Assembly (NCBI GenBank): GCA_964658305.1
Contig: OZ210885.1
Coordinates: forward strand, 22,506,001-22,570,000
DNA from: Leptogorgia sarmentosa
Taxonomy: Eukaryota
Direction of reading: 5' to 3'
Length of the DNA: 64,000 bases
Part shown: positions 13,087 to 25,975 of the stretch, piece after piece
How positions within the stretch are numbered: position 1 is the first letter of the stretch
Layout: every line of letters starts with the position of its first letter
Program-made: the position numbers and the translations under genes
Notes under the pieces: model-generated
What the model was told of the DNA's origin: nothing
Databases searched by the model: none
What the model saw: the letters and a program-made list of their open reading frames with translations, nothing else

Positions 13087-14662
13087 TAGATGTGTGCATC
13101 TGATTGGATGACGACCTGATGACGACTAAATTTAAACTTGCCAAGCATGCGCAGTTGATCATTTTTTGCCGATCGCATTGAAAAAAAAGTGGGTACGTGA
13201 AAATGCGAGTTTTTTCATATTAATTTACATTAGTTATATCTCTGTATAATATATCCTCTGTGGTTGAAGTGTGTGCAGGCGCCGTTTCCAACCTCCCCCT
13301 GGATTTTACTGTACGATTTTATATATAAATATATCTACTGCAGTGCTGTTTTGGTATTTTTTCAAAGAATTGAGATAAAGTATTAAAATTCTCTTACATG
13401 TAAATATGGCGCGTCAAGGTTCACATTAAACCTTCAACAAAACCGGTTCATCTTAGGCTCTTAGCAGAAAAACGTCTCGAACGATGTATATAAAGCATAA
13501 AATAAAATTTCCTTATCAGTGCTATGACGACAGTTTTTTGTTGTCAAATGAGTTGTGATATCCGTAAACATAGCAAAAACACGGCATGTTGATAATCAAC
13601 AAAATTCAACGAAATATTGTTTTGAATTAAAAACTTTGACGTGATGTTAGCTGGTATTTGCATACTATTCTTGCAGTGGTAACTTGTGTCCAGACCTCTC
13701 CACGGAGTTATGTATATTAATCGTCCAAAATCGAGATTTGTTTCGTGACGTAGGCAATTTTATGACGTAAATGGGGAGATCAGCAGGTACTGGACAGACC
13801 AACTCACGAGGACTATTTCTGGATGTTTTCAAAATTCCTAGCTGTTCGAAGTTTTGCTCATTTGCTGGCCGACATCGCCATCGCAATTCGTAAATAGCGG
13901 GCAAACTCAGATGTGTAACACAGTAGAACTCGTCACAACAAGATAGCCATAATTTTAAATCGGTTGATGATAGGCAACATATTTGCGTGCTTTCGCATTT
14001 ATAGCTTTCGTGTTTGTTTTCGCCATCTCTGACTCTTTGTCGCCTCGCGGTATTGCCATTCATTTACTAAAGTACTCCTGATGCAAAAGAATAATTTACT
14101 ACAATTGAACTCAGCCGGTTGCTCGTTGTTGCTTTGTAATGCGACTACAGTATATGACTCGACAACACTGGTATGAAAAGAGTCGACGGCATCACTAAGC
14201 TTGAGTTGTTTGTTTACGGGACATACCGTGGATTTACAGAATTTTCTATACTAAAAGACCTAAACCACATATAGGCATACAAAAGTAAATCCAACGTTGG
14301 CCTGATACTGTAAGTAAACTGGATATTTTAGTACGACACAGAAGTAGCGTGCACTTTATGATTTAACTCATTTAAGATCATTTGTTCAGCACGATGTATA
14401 TATTACAATTTTAATAAGGTCAGATGTCAGAGATTTATCTGATTTGCTTTTAACACGCGCACTGCTGCGACTGCCAGTTGCTCCTGACAATAAAATAGTG
14501 ATTACTTTCTCGTATCACGTCCGCAATGTTTCCTTAGCTTTCTTTTAAAAAATATTATTTTAGTGTTAATATAAAACTGTTTGCTTCCGGTGATTCCGAT
14601 GAGTCTGCTGTTGACGCGTTTGGCAAGGGCGCTGCGTGCGAAAAACCTGACCGAGGTCTGGC

Positions 14663-14715
14663 CACTGAGCCACAGATTAACTGAGCTAATGAAGCAGTCT
14701 TTCTTTAACTCAGTG
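14663..14715. mobile_element. 53-bp TIR remnant, a probable P-like excision footprint
   Basis: CACTGAG...CTCAGTG flanked by an 8-bp TSD GGTCTGGC (14655-14662, 14716-14723). Confidence 0.7.
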
Positions 14716-14837
14716 GGTCTGGCACAGTTTTGTTTTTGTTGAAAGATCACTCAATTTTCCTAAAAACTTCCAAAGACATTCTTTGATTTTTTTCTCACTC
14801 TCGGATTGTTTTTAGTGGTTAGGGTTAGGATATACTA

Positions 14838-17747
14838 TATATGATATACTGGTTACGGGGTTGGAGGCAAATGATGAAGTTGCTAAAATAGAAACTGTCA
14901 CCGAACGGTTGTTGCACGAAGAACGAAAAATAAAGGAGAGAAGTGGATCTGAGACTAATGATGAAATGAAAGCTATGTTTGTGAACAGACAGTTTAAAGG
15001 CAAGGGTCCCAGATGTTACCATTGTGGAAAGCTTGGACACATTAAGCGAAACTGTTGAGAACTGAATAGTCTAAAGCATGATGGGGACAAAAGTGATTTT
15101 AATGAGGGTATTGACAACAAACAAAGCTAACACTGCTGCAAAGTCCAGACGAACAGACAGCAGTCCAGATGATGATGGAGTGGGATTGATGGTGAATCAT
15201 GCATTTAGTTCTGTAAATGGGAGAACAAATACATGGATAATTGATTATGGAGCAACTTGTCATATGTGCAATGATGTGAGTCAGTTTGTGAAATTGCAAT
15301 ACTTGGAAAAGCCTGAAGATGTTACTCTTGGAGATGGTTATGTTATGAAAGCAGCTGGACGGGGAGTCGTTAAAACAAAAATAGAGTCTCCAAATGGCCA
15401 AGAAGGAAAGAGTTGTGTATTGCAAGATGTTCTTTATGTTCCAAGCTTATCGTATAACCTAGTGAGCGTGTCTAAAGCTACAAAGTCTGGAAAGACTGTG
15501 AAGTTCAATGAAGATGGGTGTCACATTCTTGATGAAAGTGAAAAGCTGATTGCCATTGCTAAAAGAGTAGGAAACCTGTATTACCTCAATTGCACGAACA
15601 GTCATGAAGCAAACCATACTGTAGGATATACAAGCGTGGGAAGCAAAGAGGTCACCTGGCACAAGCGATTTGGACATCTCGGTGTTCAAAACCTCAAAAA
15701 GTTGGCAAAAGAAAACCTGGTTGATGGCTATGAAAAATCAAACGACATTGATTTCTGTGAATCTTGTGCAGAGGGAAAGCATCATCGAAGTAAATTCCCA
15801 GTCAATGAAAGTCAACGAGCTAAAATGCTCCTTGATTTGGTGCACAGTGATGTATGTAGTAAAATGAGTGCAAAATCGCTTAGAACTGAGTACTTTCTGA
15901 CATTCATCGATGATCACACTCACTATGTATAGGGTCTATGTCTTGAAACACAAGGATGAAGTCTTTGGCAAATTCTTGGAGTGGAAAGCCTTAGTCGAGA
16001 AATCCTCTGGCAGAAAGGTTAAAGTCTTCTGAACAGACAACGGGGGGGGGGGGGGGGAGTACACCTCGACAGAGTTTGAGAATTATATGAAGAAAGAAGG
16101 GGTAATACACCAATTAACTGTGCCCAAGACACCGGAACAATATGGAGTCGCTGAAAGGATGAACCGGACCCTGGTGGAATCAGTGAGATCTATGTTAGCA
16201 GATGCTAAACTCCCGCACAAGTTCTGGGCTGAAACACTCTCAACTGCTGTTTATCTTAGAAACAGAAGTCCCTCAGTTGCAGTCAAAGGAAAGACTCCTT
16301 TCGAAGCATTGACAGGTCAGAAACCTAATGTGAAGCATCTACGAGTGTTTGGATGTGAAGCATATGCTCATGTGCCCAAGGACGAAAGAAAGAAACTTGA
16401 CTCGAAAGCCAGAAAATGTGTTTTCCTTGGTTATGGCACTGAAACAACATTTCTGAAATGTCTACATGAAACAACCGGAAGGTTTCATTGAGAAGGGAAA
16501 AGAACACCTGGTCTGCAGGTTCCGTCGAAGTATATATGGTCTCCACATTGTTGGAACTCTGTTCTTGACAGAAAATTGAAGAATATGGGCTTTGTACAAA
16601 CCACCGGTGATCCATGTATCTATGTAAAGGAAGAAGGTGGAGAGATATTCATTATTGCTGTGTGCGTTGATGATATTCTCCTGGCCGGAAAGAATGATCA
16701 GAAAATCAATAAAGTGAAGCAAGCACTCGCTGAGCTATTTGAAATGAAAGATATGGGTCAACTACACTTCTTCTTGGGTGTGAAAGTTATCCAGAAACAA
16801 GATTCAAAAGAAATTTGGATTGGCCAAGAAGCATACACGAAGAGTGTGTTGGAAAGATTTGGCATGGAAAGTTTGAAACCAGCAAGCACTACCAGTGTGC
16901 CGTTGAACATCTACTTTATCTGTCCACGAAAACAAGACCAGACATCGCATATGCCAGTGAGCGATGAAGCAAGATTCAGTGCTGATCCAATGGAGGAGCA
17001 TTGGATAGCTGTTAAACGGATCATGCGTTATCTGAATAGAACTTGAGATATGGGTTTACGTTACGATGGAAGCAAGACAACGACTATGTCATGCGTTGGG
17101 TATTCAAACGCTGACTGGGCTGGAGATCTTGATGACAGAAAGTCAACTTCGGGATATGTCTTCCAGATAAGCAACGCAGCAATCAGTTGGCGAAGCAAAA
17201 AACAGTCATGTGTGGCTCTCTCGACTGCTGAAGCAGAATACATGGCATTGGCAAGTGCAACCCAAGAAGCAGTCTGGCTACAACAACTTCTAAGTGATCT
17301 AAAGAGCAAGCCAACTGGTCCAATGTTGATACTTGAAGATAATCAAGCAGCAATCTGTTGTATGGCAAAGAATGCACAGTATCATGGACGTGCAAAACAC
17401 ATCGATATAAAGTATCATTTTATTCGAGAACATGTTGCTAGTGCTGCAGTTAAACTGGAATACTGTAGCACTGAAGAAATGATCGCTGACATTTTTACTA
17501 AGGGACTAAGTACGGTTCAGTTTGCCAAACTTAGAAAGATGCTCGGAGTTAGTTACAAATAAACATACAGTTATACGAGTGAGGAGGAGTGTTGAAAGTA
17601 TACACTCGTAAACTTTATATAAGATAAACATTACGGACTTCCGGTTTGTTTTTATTAGTTAAGTAGTCACGTGTTGATTGACGACCATGCTGGTTGTCGT
17701 GTTGCTGAAACAGTGAACTCTCGTAGATGATAATTGCTTTGTTAACA
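14838..17747 (+). mobile_element. Ty1/Copia LTR retrotransposon, 5'-truncated, internally deleted, with a 3' LTR from 17590
   Basis: Order gag CCHC (CYHCGKLGHIKRNC), protease (WIIDYGAT), WHKRFGH, integrase (VHSD, TDNGGEY, GVAER), RT (CVDD), RNase H (ADWAGD); PPT gaggaggag then TGTTG; the right end is approximate. Confidence 0.92.
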
Positions 17748-18475
17748 AATAGTTTTTATATTCTTTTAAAATTAAATCATTTCAAAATTTCACTGGGGAC
17801 AGAAAAGCCCAAGCAAGTTCAACTAAGAACACAGAAAACGGCATTTGTAAAAGAAGATTGCATAATTGAAGATAGCACTGGTTCTGCAATATTGCACATC
17901 TGGGAACCTATGTCAGAACAACTGAAAAGTGGAACCACATATGAATTGAAAAACCTTGTTGTCAAGCACTTCCAAGGAACCAATCATCTTTCAACATCTA
18001 CAAGCACTAGCTTCAGCATAGCAGATCAACAACTTGAAGCTGTGAAAGGGCCTTCACTGCTAGAATGTCCAGAGAGAAACCTTGAAGTAAAAGAATTCAA
18101 GTCGGTAAATAAACTGAGCATTTATATTTCTTGTAGAAATTGCAAACGCAAACTTACTGAAATATCAGATAAGTATGCCAAATGCAATTTCTGTGGTATA
18201 AAACAAAGAATAGAAAACTGTACAACAGATGGGTCTGTTCAACTTCTTGTTGACTTGGTCTGTTCAACTTCTTGTTGACTTGCCAGCGAATGAAGAAATT
18301 TGGCTAACAGCTTTTACTGATGTACTTGAAACCTTGCTCATGAAAGACAATCTTGCATTAACAAGTCATTCTGACTCTGTTTGAAGAGTATCTTCTTGAC
18401 ATTAAGGATATTAAACTTAGCTACAATGCTAACAAAAATGTTGTAACAGGTATTACATTTGAGTACAATGGATAG
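17727..18475 (+). pseudogene. RPA70-like OB-fold ssDNA-binding protein with a zinc ribbon (Helitron accessory gene)
   Basis: IIEDSTGSAILHIWE..LKSGTTYELKNLVVK, then CRNCKRK..CNFC; disrupted near 18260 by a short duplication. Confidence 0.7.
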
Positions 18476-18968
18476 TTACAATGACACTGAAGACAGTTAA
18501 ACAGTTATTTAGACAGTTAAACAGTTATTTAGACAGTTAAAGTTGCATTGGGTATTGTTTCTTTTCATTCATATTAATGGAACACCAGGAGTTTTAAATT
18601 TTTAAAAAAAGTTCTATAGTCCTAAAAACCACACAAGAAGAGTCCAAGGACAGTTGTGTACAATGGATAATTATATATGGACATTAAACACACTGTTTAT
18701 AGTTAAACAGTTTAGACAGTTAAAGTTGCATTAATTATTGGCTTGTTCTGGGTGCAGTTTCTTTCCATTCGTATTAAAGTTGATATTTTGTTGTATTGTC
18801 TTTTTTATATTTGATCTAATTATTTCTTCTACAACAGCTACTACATATCACACTCATTCAGAATTTTGTCAATCTATCACAAAAAGAATACTTCTCCCTC
18901 AGGTTTTATATAGGTGCGTGCGAAATGCCACGAGAATGATAAGTGAAAATAAGGAAATGTGTGAAAAC

Positions 18969-18999
18969 CACTGAGCTAAAGAATTACTTTATCTCAGTG
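18969..18999. mobile_element. 31-bp TIR remnant, a probable P-like excision footprint
   Basis: CACTGAGCTAAAGAATTACTTTATCTCAGTG flanked by an 8-bp TSD GTGAAAAC. Confidence 0.75.
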
Positions 19000-19590
19000 G
19001 TGAAAACGAACCAGTGAAACAAAATTGTGAAACAAATGAGACGAAAACAGCTGGGAAATTTGTTGCGCATGCGCTAGATTGGCTTGCGTGGATCCCACGA
19101 ATAATGAACTCACGCATGAATTTCGAATGTCGTGGAAGCATAACAATAACAAATTCCTATTTGCAAATGAGCTCACGCTTTTCAAAGAAAAAATTTGCCT
19201 GAAGGTGCAATTTTTCATCCAAAATGGCTATTAATTTTATCATCTCGGTATTACAGTGAATCATATGCTGGTGCACTATTCACAGCATGCAGTCATGAAC
19301 CCTATTACTCACTTGAACATGCCTTCAGTAAAATATTTTTCGATTTTCAATTAATTTACAGTTATGCATTACTCACTATTGGTTGCAACACAGTTGCAAT
19401 TTTTAAAAACGCTGAACTAGTTTTTAAAATCTTTGATTCTCACTCAAGAGATCTATATGGTATGCTACATTCATATGGAAAATCTGTCCTAGTTACAATT
19501 CAAGGAATTCAAAACCTGGTTATATATTTTCAAAATGTTTCACCCCAAAGATTTTTACCTTTTGAAATTAAGGGTGTTAATGTATTAGTA

Positions 19591-20130
19591 CAGGGTGTCT
19601 CAAAAAAAAGGTAATCGAATTTTGGCATGCCATTGTGCGTTAATTACTGGGTGTACGAACGTGATTTTTGCATGGTCATAAAGATCAAGGTCTTAGCAGT
19701 TGAATGACATATTTCTTGTACGATATGGAAGAAAATCAGGCAAATGCGAGCGTGTTAAAGCAGTGCATAAAAAAAGAAAAATGCAATTCATCACGAACGT
19801 GTCATGGTAACAAAGATTTTATCAGGATTATTAATACTTATGCATAATCAGGTCGATTGTTGAAGGGAAGGTCGTCATCTTCGAGTCCCAGAGGGAGTTA
19901 ATTTTGAATAAGTTTAGCTGCAATTCTCAGAGGTGAAAGAATGCGTTTTTCACCGAGATTTTTCAACACGCTCGCGTTTGCCTGATTTTCTCCCATATTG
20001 TACAAGAAATATGTCATTCAACTGCTAAGACCTTGATCTTTATGACCATGCAAAAATCACGTTTGTACACCCAGTAATTAACGCACAATGGCATGCCAAA
20101 GTTGGATTACCTTTTTTTTGAGACACCCTG
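19591..20130. mobile_element. mariner-type MITE (540 bp) with long TIRs
   Basis: TA-CAGGGTGTCTCAAAAAAAAGG ... CCTTTTTTTTGAGACACCCTG-TA; arms pair over more than 150 bp. Confidence 0.9.
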
Positions 20131-23100
20131 TATAGGAAATTACACGGTTCGAGAAGTATTAATGAAAAATTGCACGCGTGTTTGGCGAAATACAAGTGTA
20201 ATTTCGTATTAATATCACTGTAGTACACGTCCACTAACCTTTTTTGTCCAAAGTTGACAATAAATGACAAAAAAAACAAGAATTTTGGCGTTGATTTAAG
20301 TGTTTTTATAATGTATCGCGGGCTCGAAACCGTGCAATTAAGATTAATTTGCACAGTTGTTGAAGCTTTTTAGCCAATCAGCGTCCAGGAAATTGACAAC
20401 AATGATATTACTATATGAAACTCTAGAGGTGCACCACGTAAATAAAAAGCAAGACGAATAAACGAACGGAAGAGGTAAACAAAATACGAGAAAACGAAAC
20501 TATTGAGTGTTGAGAGAAAAGGTTGTCTACAAAACGGCAACATAACAAGACAACACGAGCAAATGAAAGCCCTGAGTGTAGAGAGAAAAGGCTAGCAATG
20601 CAAAGGAAAACTAAAGCACAAACAGTCGAAAACGAAACACCCGAGAGCACAGCAGCAAGGTTATCTAAGCAAAAACGGTATAACTGACAAAGACTCGAAA
20701 ATGAAACACGTGAGTGTAGAGCAGAAATGTTAGCTAAGAAACGGGAATACCGCCGAAAGAAAGTTGAAACTGAAACACCTCAGTGTAGAGCAGACAGGCT
20801 ATCTAAGCAAAAAACGCATCCGAAAAAGACTTGCATCTGAGAGTAGAGCAAACAAATTGGTCAGGCAACGGCAAAGTAATAAAAAGAGACAGGAAAATGA
20901 AACTCCCGAGTGTAGAGCAGAAAGGTTGGCCAGACTACACAGCAATATAATAGACATGAAAATGAATCTTCTCAGGCTAGAGAGGTACGACAAAACCAAA
21001 AGCGACAATATAACAAACAAACAAACACGAGAAAGTGAAAGCTCTAAAAGTAAACAACAACAAAATCTTGTTACAAAATTCCACAAGCTGGTAGCAGAGG
21101 GACCTTTGTACATATGTACCTGTTGTAACCAATTGTGATACAAGCACAGTGTTTCTCCAGCAGAAAGGACTCGATTGACAAATCCAGATATAATTAAACA
21201 CTTACAAAATATAATAAGTGTAGACAGTATAGAATGGCTTTGCCAGTCATGTAACAGATATTTAAAGAAAAATAAGGTACCACCATGCGCAATCGCGAAT
21301 GGAATGAAATTTCCCAAAAACCCAAATTTCTTCGATCTAAATGAATTAGAATGTCGGCCCCTCGCCCCAAGATTAGCATTTCAAAAGATTTTGCAAGCTC
21401 CAAGAGGGAAACAATTTAAAATTAGTGGTAATGTTGTGAATGTACCTGAAGATGTCACAAACACTATTAATACGTTGCCAAGGGTACCTCAAGACACTGG
21501 TACAATAAAAGTTCAGTTAAAACGTTGGTTACAGTACAAGAGTTCAGCCCTATCTTTAAATGTAAGACCACATAAAGTTTTGCAAGCCACTGCATGCTTA
21601 ACAAATAACAGCCCTCTATATAAAGAAGAAGGAATTACACTTAATCAAACTTGGAATGATGACTTTTACAATGAACTATGTACTGATGCTGACCCAGAAT
21701 CAAGATTTGAAAATTTTAATTCACCTGACATTTCATCTCAACCTATAAACTCTGGCGATGCAAGTGATGATAACTTTAGTGAAGATGAGGCTGAAATACC
21801 TGCTGGTGTTACAGATACAATGTTAACAGCTACAGATTTGCTAATGACGCCGAAAGACAACAAATTCACAATATTGCACGTGGAGAGGGTAACAGACCAC
21901 TCAGCATATTTAGAGATCAATATTCCGAAGAGTTAGCTTGCCCCGGGATATTTTTGGGACAAAAAAGAACTGCAGACAAACAAAGGCTAACAAGTGTTTA
22001 CTATAGTGAAATATGTAAATCTGAATTGAGACCTTGTGATCGAAGAGCAGCAATGTGTGTGGAGAATATTTTTTCAAAACTAAAAAGCTACAAATGAAAA
22101 TTTTGTTAGGAAAATCAGAAATTGCATTTAGAAAATGCAAAGGAAATAGTAGATCAATAACAGCAGGTCAATTAAAACACGAAGGTTGTTTGGAAAGTTT
22201 AATTCACCATGATAAAGGTTATAAATGTTTCAGAGCACTTAGAGGCTCACCACCTTACTTTGAGAACGCAAAGAAAGATTTGTTTGCTATGATTCGACAA
22301 CTAGGACCAGCAACATTATTTTGCAGCTTTTCATCTGCTGAGACAAAGTGGATTCATTTGCTTCGGATACTTGGTAAACTTGTTGACAATAAAAATTATA
22401 GTGATAACGAACTGGAAAATCTAAATTGGGATGAAAAAATGTAGATTGATTCAAAGCGATCCAGTTACTTGTTCAAGGTATTTTGACTACCAGTTCAATA
22501 CATTTCTCAAAAAATTTCTGATCACAAACATTGCTCCTTTGGGAAAAATAAAGGATTGGTTTTACAGATTAGAAGCTCCTCCTGTATTTGGAGCTGATAA
22601 AGATGATGATGTAACATCATTTATTGATCGCATAATTACTTGCCAAAAACCGAATAATGATCCTGACTTGCTTGATCTTGTGAAACGACAAACCCACAGA
22701 CATTCTCACACTTGTCAAAAAATCAAAAAATGCGTGCAGATTTAACTACCCACAACTGCCAATGAGGACAACAACAATTCTTTCACCACTAGAAGATAAC
22801 TTTTCACCTGCTGGAGTAAAAACACTTAAACAGTCATGGAAAGATATTAAGAAAAAACTAAATGATCTTAAAGATGGAGAAGATATTACCTTTGATCAAC
22901 TTCTAAGTAATTTAGATGTGCCTGAAGAAACATACATTTTGGCAATAAAATCATCTCTTAATTGTCCAACTATATTTTTACAAAGAAAGCCAAATGAACT
23001 AAGAGTCAATAATTACAACGCAGCCTGTTTAAGTGCATAGAGAGCTAATATGGACATCCAGTTCATTCTTGATGTTTATGCATGTGCAATCTACATTGTG

Positions 23101-24740
23101 TCTTGCATATCTAAAGCTCAAAAATGTATGAGTGAACTGTTGCAAAAGGCATGTGCAGAAGCTGAAGAAAGAAATGCTAGTATTAAGCAGCAAGTTAGAG
23201 ATATTGGGAATAAATTCTCGAATAGTGTAGAAATTAGTGCCCAAGAAGCAGTCTACATCCTTTTGCAATTACCAATGAGAAAATCATCCAGGCAGGTAGT
23301 ATTTATTAATACATCACCTGATGAGAGAGTGGAGCTTCTAAAACCAATAAATGAGATAGAAGCGATACCTGATGAAAGTAAAGAAATTCATTCAGGTGGA
23401 CTGTTGAAATGATACACCAATTGCCCTCCATGTCATCAAAATGTTACTTTAGCAGACTGGGCAGCATGGTATGATAGTTGTGGAAAACCATTTCAAAACA
23501 AAACAACAAAATTAGGTATTGATAAACTTCCATTAGAAACTTCAGCTGACCACGAAAACAATGATGATGAACTAGGCAATGACAGCATTTCCATAGAAAC
23601 AAGCAAAATAAAGAAACGTTCAAAAGCAAGAATCATTAGAAGTGCTGGTTTAACAAAGAGTCACAACCAGAAAAAACATTTTCGTGAACTTATTATGCTA
23701 TTCACTCCATGGAGAAATGAAGAAACAGATTTAATTGGAAAATATTCTTCATACAAAGATCATTACCAAGCTTTAGAAGAGCAAATAACTGAACAGATGA
23801 ACCAGCATGCAGTTTGTGCAGACAACCTTAATGAAATGCAACAGCACTTGAATGAAGATTATGATGAATTTGATTCTATAGCACCAGCAACACAACATGT
23901 TGAACTCCAAGATGAGGATGATGGTAACCAAGATCTGCATCCTGATTTCAATGAAAGATAGGACATATCAGATGTCTTGGTATACCATCAAGGCAACCAG
24001 CTGGTGAGCCATTGATACTTAATGAAATGCAAGATGATGAATACAAGACAATGGTACAAAAACTAAGTAAAGAGTTCTTTACTCATACTTTACACTTGAT
24101 TAAAACATCTGACAAACATTTTACAGCTTTCCTAGCGAAGGTGGAGGAGTTGGTAAATCGCATTTAACAAAATCAATTTCTCAGGCTGCACTCAAATACT
24201 ATAGTTCTCGTGCTGGTGAAGATTTTCATAGAGTAAAAATTAGCTCCAACAGGCAAAGCTGCATTTTTGATAAAAGGTAATACAATCCACAGCACTCTTG
24301 CAATACCAGCAGGTCATTCTTTGAGAAACTACAAGTCTATAGATTCTAGCCGATTGAACACGTTACGATCCAAGCTAGGTGGTGTGGAATTAATTCTGTT
24401 AGACGAGGTATCAATGGTTGGAAACAATATGTTAACTATGCAAATCAACAACCACTTGAAAGATATAAAAGGCAGCAAGGAAAATTTTGGAGGTGTCAGT
24501 ATAATTGCCATTGATGATCTGTTTCAAGGTGGTAACCACCTGTATTTGATGGTCGTATTTTCAACGATATTCAAAATTCTGATTATAGCGTACTTGTCGT
24601 TAATCTATGGCGGAGATACTTCAGAATGTATGAACTTCAAGAAATTATGAGGCAGCAGGAAAGTAGAACTTTTGCTTTTGCAAGTAAATTGTCCAAACGA
24701 AGCACCTCGATTGTTTACACAAAATGCCATGGTTGATTAT

Positions 24741-25130
24741 TATAATGACAAAGTCTATCATGCAGCTGAAAATCAGGAAAAATCAGGAAATTCTGCAGAC
24801 CGTTGGGTCGTTGTATATTAAAATACATGTCAATCATAAAATTAATATTAAATTGTATCCAAAGGTATCAAGTGATGAAAAGATATTTTCAGTGTTTGTG
24901 GGCGACGATCTGTTAGAAACAGTGGCAAAACGGCCGCATGAGGCTGGCAAGACGTTTGGCATGTATTTGTTCCACGCTGGTATCCTTTCCCATTACTCAA
25001 AAGGCAACAAACCCGTCACTACCACGGTATCGTCATACGGCTCTCTGGTTAAGTTCAATGCTTGGTGTAGCTCTGCAGAATTTCCTGATTTTTCCTGATT
25101 TTCAGCTGCATGATAGACTTTGTCATTATA
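24741..25130. repeat. Perfect 59-bp inverted repeat including helicase coding sequence
   Basis: 24741-24799 is the exact reverse complement of 25072-25130. Confidence 0.9.
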
Positions 25131-25579
25131 ACCATGTCATTTTGTCATGAATTAAATATTCATGAATTCAAATGATCATGAATATGGAAATGTACCTACT
25201 TAGATTTCATCTTGAACATCTTTTCAATGAGCTGTCGTGTTTCTATACCATGTAACTTTTTGTAAGCATCATGTTCAACATTTTCTCCGTATTTCATCTC
25301 TGGGTGTCGGATACGAAAATGATGTTGAAGTCTGTCTTTTTTGTAAAAGCCTATGCATAAATTATTTGGACATGGGACTTTTTTCTCTAAATTCGCAAAA
25401 TGGACAGGTCTATTGTCTTTTCCCGATATATTCATATTGTTCCACATCAAATTGTCCGCCATTTTGAAAGTTTATCTGCCAGACGTCTCCCCTTCCCACT
25501 TTCCCTTGTGCCACCGTCAATTATTTCGCCGCCGGTTTCCTGCCTGCGTACAGGAAACCTGCCTGCATGCAAGAGACGT

Positions 25580-25975
25580 CTGGGTACGAGGCAGTTCCAA
25601 TCTGTTGTTATTTCTCGAGGCACTACATATAAAGTTTAAAAAGCCAGAACTCAATAGCGGCTTAAAGGCATCAAAGGAACTTGTAGTTTTTCCTTAGAAT
25701 ATACCATATTATTGTAAATATCTCATGTTCTCTCATTTGCTGTCATCTCACTGATTTACGTCATCACTCTTCCGGTCTAAGCTGTATAAGGATCGTAGCA
25801 AGCTTGTAAATAATTATTTTGGTTTGAAAATGACTTTGAAATAGAGTCGAAATATCACCTTAAATATTGTGGGGTTTTTTTATAACAGCTCATATCTTGA
25901 GTTTACAAGATGTTCATTTTCGGAGTTTGTTTTCTCTTATATTTCGCGAAATTGTCTGCTGGAAAAGGGTTTTTT
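25580..25975 (+). mobile_element. Penelope-like element 3' remnant (GIY-YIG tail plus pLTR)
   Basis: LLFLEALHIKFKKPELNSGLKASKEL followed by a hammerhead motif; the helicase frame resumes near 25978. Confidence 0.8.
25815..25866 (+). ncRNA. Minimal type I hammerhead ribozyme (U3-A8 core variant)
   Basis: Stem I GGT/ACC, core TTGAAAA plus T, stem II GACTTT/AGAGTC, GAAA, palindromic ATAT stem III; predicted cut after C25856. Confidence 0.75.

Larger units (their letters stand above)
11124..13262. mobile_element. P-element-like MITE interrupted by a Tc1/IS630 element
   Basis: TIRs CACAGAGtatatacatacagag and ctctgtataatatatcCTCTGTG; 7-bp TSD GTTGAAG (11117-11123, 13263-13269); inner inverted repeats gtacccac/gtgggtac. 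Confidence 0.75.

Noticed and set aside
16042..16057. Poly-G tract as a programmed frameshift or G-quadruplex (also 9489-9506)
   Set aside because: It is a homopolymer expansion of the integrase NGGE codons in a dead Copia, or a sequencing slip.
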